Assembly: GCA_021794015.1 (NCBI GenBank)
Contig: JAJYRQ010000003.1
Coordinates: 54,900 to 118,899, forward strand
Direction: 5' to 3'
DNA length: 64,000 nt
Origin: Deltaproteobacteria bacterium
GTDB taxonomy: Bacteria; Desulfobacterota; Binatia; Binatales; Binataceae
Part shown: in pieces, positions 56,115 to 61,771 of the stretch
Layout: each line of letters opens with the position of its first letter
Position numbering within the stretch: the first letter of the stretch is position 1
Translations under genes and position numbers: made by a program
Notes under the pieces: model-generated
Databases searched by the model: none
Told to the model about the DNA's origin: nothing
The model's input: only the letters and a program-made list of their open reading frames with translations

Positions 56115-56290
56115 TGGTAGAGCGCAGAAACATCCTCTTCGCGTCATTCCGAGCGCAGCGCAGCGGAGTCGAGGCCTGCCCTGAGCTCTGTCGAAGGGAA
56201 TCCCGGAGCCCGGCGTTGCGCGCCGTCCGGCGCGCGCGAGGGGTCCCGGGACTCTCTCTTCTCGCTTCTCTTTTCTCGCTTCTCTTCCTC
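56115..56290. repeat. REP/MITE-like cluster directly after sheath stop
   Basis: 56115-56206 (tggtagagcgcaga...gtcattccgagcgcagcg...ctgtcgaagggaatcccgg) matches 58141-58232 with about 6 mismatches by eye. The gaggggtcccgg core and the CT-rich arm follow. Confidence 0.85.
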
Positions 56291-56299
56291 TGCGGCTTC

Positions 56300-57121
56300 A
56301 TGGTCGTGCCGCCGGCCTCAGCGCCGGTCATCAACCTTGGCACGGCCACCGGCAGCTTCACGGTGCCGTGGACGGTTCCTGGCACGACGGTGATTCTTGG
56401 CTACAGCGGCAGCACGCCTATTACTGCAACGCTGCCGACCAACGTGCCGGCGGGAGTCTACAACCTGATCGTCAACGGACCTGGTGGCACAGGGCAAGGA
56501 ATCGCAAAGGTCACTTTTACTCCGGCGCCTCTTCTGTCCGACGGGACCGCGTATAACCAGAGCGTGATCTACTATGTAAGTGGCACGACAGTCTTGTCCC
56601 TGTTGTTCGATGGCAGCAACTATCACTTGCTAACGCCGCCAGAGGTAGGCTCGATTGGAATAGCGAGCCGGGTACAAGCGAGTTATCCAGGCGCGGCCGG
56701 AGTGGGTTGGATTGGCGGAGCCGTTCTGTCTGGCGCCCCTCTGATTCCCCTGTCTACACATATTGCATCTTCGCTGTTTGCATTGAACACGGTGCTGGGT
56801 GCGCCATTCTATGTGCCGTCCGAATCGAGCTACTACACTAACCCGCTGCAGCTCGACGCTGTTAGCGCAAATGTCGAAGGCTCGCCTAGTTGCTCGACTG
56901 CTCCAAAGCTGGCGCTGGTAGATTGCGGCGCCACAGCCGGAAGTTGCGCCTCGCCAACAACGCTTGCGTTGCTGACTCTACCAACCGCAGCTGGATGGAC
57001 CGCCGCGACTGGTCTTGCTGTCAACCTTGCGGCAACGCACTGGATAGCGTGGGAGTTTACCGCCGGCGTCTGCGCGACGCCGCCGACGGTGGACGCTGCA
57101 GCCAGCTTGCAGACGCAGTGA
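56300..57121 (+). CDS. Hypothetical Gly/Thr/Ser/Ala-rich cargo protein (AT-richer than surroundings)
   Basis: 273 aa from ATG 56300. The track ORF starts at 56114, inside the repeat. Hand counts of three 60-nt lines gave 33, 37 and 31 G+C. Confidence 0.55.
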   Translation: MVVPPASAPVINLGTATGSFTVPWTVPGTTVILGYSGSTPITATLPTNVPAGVYNLIVNGPGGTGQGIAKVTFTPAPLLSDGTAYNQSVIYYVSGTTVLSLLFDGSNYHLLTPPEVGSIGIASRVQASYPGAAGVGWIGGAVLSGAPLIPLSTHIASSLFALNTVLGAPFYVPSESSYYTNPLQLDAVSANVEGSPSCSTAPKLALVDCGATAGSCASPTTLALLTLPTAAGWTAATGLAVNLAATHWIAWEFTAGVCATPPTVDAAASLQTQ

Positions 57122-57130
57122 GGGGCCGCA

Positions 57131-57310
57131 ATGCAAGTAGCCGAAAAAACCGGCGGCAAATGGCGCTGGCGATGCACGGCCTGCCAGACGGTCGTCGAGG
57201 TCGAGCGCGGAGAGCCGCCGCCGGCGGAACACAGTAAAACCATGGCTGCGGCGTTCGGCCCGATGGCGGTCCCCTGCACCGGGGAGGAGTTCCATCTGGA
57301 GGAATCATGA
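57131..57310 (+). CDS. 59-aa hypothetical protein with CxxC...C-x5-H
   Basis: Own translation: MQVAEKTGGKWRWRCTACQTVVEVERGEPPPAEHSKTMAAAFGPMAVPCTGEEFHLEES. GAGGGG lies upstream. High third-position G+C. Below the 60-aa cutoff of the ORF track. Confidence 0.4.
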   Translation: MQVAEKTGGKWRWRCTACQTVVEVERGEPPPAEHSKTMAAAFGPMAVPCTGEEFHLEES

Positions 57311-57486
57311 CCAACCGCGAACGAAGCATCCTCAACTACAAGCGCGCGCCGGTAACCTATGCGCCCAACCGTCATCGCGGGGGTGAGAAAGTGCGGCCCT
57401 CCGACCACAAACTGACGCAATCCGACCAGGAACGCCAGGCAAGCGCTGAAGAAAAACGCCGCCGGCGCGCGATGCGGGGGCGGTAG
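57307..57486 (+). CDS. 59-aa basic hypothetical protein
   Basis: Own translation: MTNRERSILNYKRAPVTYAPNRHRGGEKVRPSDHKLTQSDQERQASAEEKRRRRAMRGR. GGAGGA lies upstream, and an ATGA overlap joins it to the preceding ORF. Confidence 0.4.
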   Translation: MTNRERSILNYKRAPVTYAPNRHRGGEKVRPSDHKLTQSDQERQASAEEKRRRRAMRGR

Positions 57487-57488
57487 CC

Positions 57489-57743
57489 GTGCGGACCGTA
57501 CTGCCCATCGCCGCGCTATGTGTGCTGGTTGGAGCGCCGCCGGCGTCGTGGCTGGAGCCGGGCAACGTGGTTGAGCGCAACGGCCGGTGCTTCCAGCAGC
57601 CACTACGCTGCGAGGCGCATCCGGAGGCCGCGCTGCCGCAGGTGAATTGCCGCGCCAGCAAGCCCGAGCACGAATGCGATTGCGCGAGATGCTGGCGCGG
57701 GCGGGACCGGCAGGCGTCCCCCACCGGAAGGCAGGCGATCTGA
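57489..57743 (+). CDS. 84-aa secreted Cys-rich hypothetical protein
   Basis: GTG start, signal-like N-terminus MRTVLPIAALCVLVGAPPASW, seven Cys residues. Tightly packed with its neighbours. Confidence 0.4.
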   Translation: MRTVLPIAALCVLVGAPPASWLEPGNVVERNGRCFQQPLRCEAHPEAALPQVNCRASKPEHECDCARCWRGRDRQASPTGRQAI

Positions 57744-57744
57744 G

Positions 57745-58146
57745 GTGTTTGCGCTGATTGCATCGCCGCTCATTCGCTGGGCGGGAGTCGGGCTGCTGAT
57801 CGCCGGGGTGATTGCCTACCGCGCATGGCTGCTGCACGACATCACCGCGGCCCGCGCCGAGCTGGCGGCGGCGAAGGCAGAGCTGGCGCAGTGTCAGGGC
57901 GCGGCGGCGAGCGCGCAGGCGGCTATCGCCCTGCAGGACCGCCGCGTCGAGGAGCTGCAGGCGCAAGCGCGCGTGGCGGCCGCGGCGGCGCAGGCGCGCG
58001 AGGCGCGCGCGGCAGAGGCCGGAGCGCAGGCCATGGCCCAAGCCGGCGCCGGCGCCCGGCGAATCGAGGGCGCCCGCGTGGCTCCAGGATGTGCCGCAGC
58101 GATTGCCTGGGCGGCCGCAACGGGACCGGAGCTCGGCCAATGGTAG
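57745..58146 (+). CDS. Type II membrane protein with Ala/Gln-rich coiled coil (i-spanin-like)
   Basis: N-terminal TM helix WAGVGLLIAGVIAY, then AARAELAAAKAELAQCQ...VEELQAQARVAAAAAQ. Located in the lysis cassette. Confidence 0.5.
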   Translation: MFALIASPLIRWAGVGLLIAGVIAYRAWLLHDITAARAELAAAKAELAQCQGAAASAQAAIALQDRRVEELQAQARVAAAAAQAREARAAEAGAQAMAQAGAGARRIEGARVAPGCAAAIAWAAATGPELGQW

Positions 58147-58400
58147 AGCGCAGAGACGTCCTCTTCTCGTCATTCCGAGCGCAGCGGAGCGGAGCCGAGG
58201 CCTGCCCTGAGCTCTGTCGAAGGGAATCCCGGGGCCGGATGCCGCACGGCGAGCAGCTCGCGCGCCGCCTGCACCCTCACCCGGCGCGCGGCGCCGGCCT
58301 CTCCCATGGAGAGAGGCAAGAAGCAGAAGTCGCGGGCAACGGCTCTTTTTGTCACCCCCGCGCGCGTGTCCGGCGCGCGCGAGGGGTCCCGGCGCTCTGT
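58141..58400. repeat. REP/MITE-like cluster between i-spanin-like and lipoprotein ORFs
   Basis: 58141-58232 is a copy of 56115-56206. It also carries the hairpin module cctcaccc...cctctcccatggagagagg and ttgtcacccccgcgcgcg...cgcgcgaggggtcccgg. Confidence 0.85.
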
Positions 58401-58418
58401 TGCGAGATCACTTCTCTC

Positions 58419-58748
58419 TTGTTTCTTCTCGGATGCGCGGCCCGGCCCCCTGCTCCCGTGCCGCAAACGGTGGTGGCCGACGTTCCGGTTGCGCGGCGCG
58501 TCTACTGCGATGTGAAGATTCCGGCCCGGCCGGCGCTGCCGGTTGCGGCGCTGGCGCCGTCGGCGACCCCGGCCGACGTGGTGCGCGCCTACGCCGCCAG
58601 CGTGGCGCTGCTCAAGGGCGCCGTCGTCGCGCGCGAGGCTCTGCTGCGCGGATGCGCCCGGCCGTCGCCGCGCGCGCCGTCTTCGGCGTCTCCCCTCCCT
58701 GCGGGAGCGGGAAACGGCGCAGGCGCGTTGGAGGGAGCGGCGCGATGA
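58419..58748 (+). CDS. Pro-rich lipoprotein-like ORF (o-spanin-like), start codon unresolved
   Basis: Lipobox LLGC (Cys codon at 58434-58436), followed by ARPPAPVPQTVVADVPV...PARPALP. No convincing in-frame start or n-region exists upstream, because the repeat abuts it. It may be damaged. Confidence 0.3.
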   Translation: MFLLGCAARPPAPVPQTVVADVPVARRVYCDVKIPARPALPVAALAPSATPADVVRAYAASVALLKGAVVAREALLRGCARPSPRAPSSASPLPAGAGNGAGALEGAAR

Positions 58749-59038
58749 AAACGTTTTTGCGCACGCTACTCACCGGGGCCGACAACCAGAGCTATGACGT
58801 GGTGCGCCTCGGTCTGTTCGTCGCGATTGTGGTGTGGGCGGTTTTCGGCCTCGGCTTTCTCGCCATCGAGATTTTCGCGCTCGTCCGCTACGGACATCTG
58901 GCCGAGCCGTTTGCCACGGCGACGGTGACGCATTTCGGCGCGCTCGGCGGCCTGCATTGGGCCTCGTCCCAGGGCCTCAAGGTCAAGGCCGCAACCGAGC
59001 CGCCGGTGCCGGCGGCCGCCGCAGGAGGTCCGCGATGA
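58745..59038 (+). CDS. Small membrane protein (holin candidate)
   Basis: 97 aa with a hydrophobic stretch, LGLFVAIVVWAVFGLGFLAIEIFALV. ATGA overlaps occur at both ends (with the lipoprotein ORF and with the endolysin). Confidence 0.5.
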   Translation: MKTFLRTLLTGADNQSYDVVRLGLFVAIVVWAVFGLGFLAIEIFALVRYGHLAEPFATATVTHFGALGGLHWASSQGLKVKAATEPPVPAAAAGGPR

Positions 59039-59604
59039 GCGGTCGCAACTACAGCCTCGAGTTCGCCCAGGCCATGGATTTGCTCTTGGAGCTGGAGGGC
59101 GGCTACGGCAGAAAGCTGATTGCGCTGCCGGGAGACCCCGGCGGCGAGACCTACTGCGGTATCACGGCCGGCTCTTGGATCGCCTGGCGGGCGCGGACGG
59201 GGCGCGAGTTCAAGTCGCTGGCGCAGGCTACGCAGTCCGAGGTCGAGGCCTTCTACTGGGACGAGTACTGGACGGCGCTGCATTGCGACCGGCTCCTGTG
59301 GCCGGCCAGCGCGGTCTATTTCCAATGCGCGGTCAACCTGGACCCGGTCTCGGCGATGAAGTGCTTGCAGATCGCGGCGCTGGCGCGGCCGATTGACGGG
59401 GTTTGGGGTCCTATGACCTACCGCAGCATACAGACCGTGGCGCCCCCCTGGCTCGCGGTCGGAATCCTGGCGGTGCAGTCGGCCTTCTATGCGTTCCATC
59501 CGGAACGCTACGAAGCGGGGCTGCAGGCGCGCGTTGCGCGCGTGCACGCCTGGCTGAATGAAACGCAGCGCCGCGAGGGCGCCCTTCCGAGCCAACGGAG
59601 CTGA
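59035..59604 (+). CDS. Endolysin, glycoside hydrolase family 108-like with PG-binding C-terminal domain
   Basis: LLELEGGYGRKLIALPGDPGGETYCGIT (the GH108 EGGY...DPGG.T..GI motif), then IDGVWGPMTYRSI (PG_binding_3-like). GGAGG lies upstream. Confidence 0.78.
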   Translation: MSGRNYSLEFAQAMDLLLELEGGYGRKLIALPGDPGGETYCGITAGSWIAWRARTGREFKSLAQATQSEVEAFYWDEYWTALHCDRLLWPASAVYFQCAVNLDPVSAMKCLQIAALARPIDGVWGPMTYRSIQTVAPPWLAVGILAVQSAFYAFHPERYEAGLQARVARVHAWLNETQRREGALPSQRS

Positions 59605-59642
59605 GTGAGAGAAACCCGAAAAGGGGGCAGGAGAGCAAACAG

Positions 59643-59822
59643 ATGAACTTCGAGGTCAAAGAAGTCGTAATCGCGGCGGTTAGCAACGCCGTCGGCCTGG
59701 CGGTCGGCTATCTGCTCGGCCGGCGCGCCTACGCGCCGCTAGTCGCGGATGTCGAGGCGGCGGTGAAGAACCTCCAGACGCGCCTGTCCGCGCTCGAGGC
59801 CGGCGCCGCCAAGAAGCTTTAG
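59643..59822 (+). CDS. 59-aa single-TM protein (holin/antiholin-like or lysis accessory)
   Basis: Own translation: MNFEVKEVVIAAVSNAVGLAVGYLLGRRAYAPLVADVEAAVKNLQTRLSALEAGAAKKL. AGGAG lies upstream. Below the ORF-track cutoff. Confidence 0.45.
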   Translation: MNFEVKEVVIAAVSNAVGLAVGYLLGRRAYAPLVADVEAAVKNLQTRLSALEAGAAKKL

Positions 59823-59842
59823 CCGATGCGCTCATGCGGCCC

Positions 59843-59979
59843 CGGGACCCCTCGCGCGCGGTGCTCGCCGCACGGCAGCGTGCCCGACCTGCCTGCCGCG
59901 CCGGGCGCGGCGCAGGCAGGCCAACGGGAGCGCAATGCCACGGCGAAGGCCGTCTCCGTCCCCGCTGCCATGCAATGGC
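59843..59979. repeat. REP/MITE-like element copy (family R1) carrying an extra 32-nt imperfect palindrome
   Basis: Matches 53344-53446 and the reverse complement of 4801-4904. 59890-59921 (tgcctgccgcgccgggcgcggcgcaggcaggc) is present only in this copy. Confidence 0.85.
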
Positions 59980-60027
59980 CGCGCGGCAGGGAAATCCGGA
60001 GCCGCGTAGGAGTAAGGAGAGAAGGAC

Positions 60028-60603
60028 GTGACGAACATTGCAGTTAATCGCATCTCGAATGCCAACGTTTATATCGACGGGGCAAACCTGATGGGGCGCG
60101 CCGAGGAGCTCGAGTTGCCGCTGCTCAAGTCGAAGCGGGCGCCGCATAAGGGGCTCGGGATGGCCGGCACGGCGTCGTTCTGGGACGGCTTTGACGAGCT
60201 CAAGGCGAAAATCAAGTGGGCGTCGGTATACGCCGAGGCGTTCATGCTGTCGGCGGACCATTTGGGCGCGCATCAGTTCCAGGTGCTGGGAGACCTGATG
60301 GTCTACCAGGCGGCGGGGCTGGTCCAGGAGCTGCCGCTGGTCTACCTGATGACGGCGAGCTTCGAGGACTCAGGCAAGCTCGGCTTCAAGCAGCACGAGA
60401 ACGCAAGCGCAGAGACCGAGTTGACGGTTTATCATTCGGAACTCTACGTCGGCGGCCAGCAGATTCACATGTACGACGTGATGTCAAACCAGTACATCGC
60501 GGGCGGACAGGACATGCTGGCCAACTTCCGCGCCAACCTGGGCGGCTCCGGCGCTCCGGCGATCCAAGGCGTGCTCGGCGCGCTGAGCGGCGGACAGCTC
60601 TAA
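60028..60603 (+). CDS. Major tail tube protein (P2 FII / Phage_tube family)
   Basis: ISNANVYIDGANLMGRAEELELPLLKSK...GLGMAG ... TVYHSELYVGGQQIHMYDVMSNQYIAGGQDMLANFRANLG matches the tube family pattern. GTG start with AAGGAGAGAAGG upstream. Confidence 0.85.
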   Translation: MTNIAVNRISNANVYIDGANLMGRAEELELPLLKSKRAPHKGLGMAGTASFWDGFDELKAKIKWASVYAEAFMLSADHLGAHQFQVLGDLMVYQAAGLVQELPLVYLMTASFEDSGKLGFKQHENASAETELTVYHSELYVGGQQIHMYDVMSNQYIAGGQDMLANFRANLGGSGAPAIQGVLGALSGGQL

Positions 60604-60625
60604 GCCGAGCCGCGAGGAGGAGCAA

Positions 60626-60997
60626 ATGGCAGACGAAAAGATTCTCGTTAACGGCGTGGCGGTCGCGCCCGGCGCGTGGGAGACCGGCAGGGAAGTCGCG
60701 CTGCCCTCGGGGCGCACTGCGCAGATTCGCGCCAAAAAGCCCACCGGCGAAGACTTCCTGCGCGCCCGGCGCAGCCTGGACGCCGCCGCGCTGCGCGATC
60801 CGCTGGCCGGGATGTACGCGCTGCTGGCGCAGGTCGCGCGGGTGGACGGCAAGCCGACCACCTACGAGGAAGTCGTCAGGATGGACCTCGAGGACTTGAC
60901 GGCGCTGATGGTCGCGGTGCAAGGCGACGATTTTTTCTCGTCGAGCCGGACGCCTTCATCTTTCTCGCCGAGCACGGCTTCGGGATCGGGGAGCTAA
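60626..60997 (+). CDS. Tail assembly chaperone (short, zero-frame product; lambda G / P2 E analogue)
   Basis: 123-aa ORF between the tube and tape measure genes. GAGGAGGAG lies upstream. Confidence 0.75.
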   Translation: MADEKILVNGVAVAPGAWETGREVALPSGRTAQIRAKKPTGEDFLRARRSLDAAALRDPLAGMYALLAQVARVDGKPTTYEEVVRMDLEDLTALMVAVQGDDFFSSSRTPSSFSPSTASGSGS

Positions 60998-61095
60998 AGG
61001 CGATGGAGGCCGGCGAGATTGCGTTCTGGGTCTCCGAGCTGGACGCGCTCGAGGCGCGCCGCGCCGAGGCGCTGAAGGCCGCGCGGGAGCGCTGA
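60626..61095 (+). CDS. Frameshift-extended tail assembly chaperone (GT / E+E' analogue; join 60626..60937, 60937..61095)
   Basis: The -1 frame ORF (part of track ORF 60676..61095) has a coherent amphipathic C-terminal sequence. It ends 3 nt before the next ATG. Confidence 0.6.
60931..60937 (+). other. Programmed -1 ribosomal frameshift slippery heptamer T_TTT_TTC
   Basis: In the zero frame the sequence reads gaT TTT TTC tcg. The -1 frame continues as FFLVEPDAFIFLAEHGFGIGELKAMEAG... and stays open to 61095. Confidence 0.7.
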
Positions 61096-61098
61096 GTC

Positions 61099-61458
61099 AT
61101 GCACGCGTGGCTGATAATCGCGCTGTCCCTGATGCTCGCCTACGCGCTCGGATACATGGTCGGCGGATTCGCCGAGGCCGCGCGGCAGGTCGAGCGCGAG
61201 ACAGCCGCGCTTGCCCGGCGCTGCGCGGGGGCGGCGGGAAAAGAGCCGCCGCGCGCCACCACAGCGTCATCCCGAGCGAGCGCTGCGCGAGTCGAGGGAA
61301 CCCGGGCCCCCTCGCGCGCGCCAGGCCATTGCATGGCAGCGGGGAAGAAGAGGGCCAGCATCGCAGCATCGCGCTCCCGCTGGTCGGGCGAGCTGCCGTG
61401 CGGCGAGCACCGCGCGGGGGCGACCGAAAAAGGGGCGACGGACGAGGACGCGCAATGA
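61099..61458 (+). CDS. Small membrane protein; 3' part of ORF reads through a repeat element
   Basis: The N-terminus MHAWLIIALSLMLAYALGYMVGGF is a TM helix. From about 61257 the ORF is made of REP sequence, so the true C-terminus and expression are uncertain. Confidence 0.3.
   Translation: MHAWLIIALSLMLAYALGYMVGGFAEAARQVERETAALARRCAGAAGKEPPRATTASSRASAARVEGTRAPSRAPGHCMAAGKKRASIAASRSRWSGELPCGEHRAGATEKGATDEDAQ
61257..61420. repeat. REP/MITE-like cluster between chaperone and tape measure genes
   Basis: 61257-61343 is nearly identical to 52234-52320. 61323-61420 is a divergent inverted R1-like copy (gccattgcatggcagcgggg ... gcgctcccgctggtcgggcgagctgccgtgcggcgagcaccgcgcggggg). Confidence 0.8.
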
Positions 61459-61468
61459 GCGGCGCCGG

Positions 61469-61723
61469 CTACAGCGAGCGGTACAGCTTGAGTGCGGCCT
61501 CGTGCTCGGGCGTGCCGCGCTTGGTGCTGCCCAGGGCGTGCAGCGCCTGGCGCAGCGCGTCCCGGCGCGCGCGGCCGGCCGGGGTGCGTCCCTCGACCCA
61601 GAGTTGCAGGGGCAACAGCAGCAGCCGAATCACGACGTACAGAATCATCAGGGCCAGCGCCAACCCGCAAAGCATCAGGCCGACGGCCACGCCTACCCCA
61701 ATCGGCACGAAAATCCAGGCCAC
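61469..61723 (-). CDS. Small hydrophobic protein on the opposite strand (moron candidate)
   Basis: This is the C-terminal part of track ORF 61469..62713, which lies outside the tape measure gene: (V)AWIFVPIGVGVAVGLMLCGLALALMILYVVIRLLLLPLQLW... A GTG at 61721-61723 or the ATG at 61673-61675 could be the start. Confidence 0.3.
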   Translation of the reverse strand: MAWIFVPIGVGVAVGLMLCGLALALMILYVVIRLLLLPLQLWVEGRTPAGRARRDALRQALHALGSTKRGTPEHEAALKLYRSL

Positions 61724-61771
61724 GGCGCATAGCCTAGCGCTCCAAACGGCGGCGCGCCAGGAGCGGCGCTG

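Noticed and set aside
56114-56299. ATG at 56114 (and the analogous repeat copy at 58141) as genuine gene starts immediately after the upstream stop codons
   Set aside because: The ATG is part of the repeat consensus (a)tggtagagcgcaga. The following 60 codons are repeat sequence (SFRAQRSGVEACPELCRRES) that recurs elsewhere in both orientations.
56833-58173. 446-aa minus-strand ORF across the cargo, mini-ORF and spanin region
   Set aside because: Arg/Pro/Ala-rich shadow composition, and opposite to a tightly coupled plus-strand gene string with RBS-like sequences and ATGA junctions.
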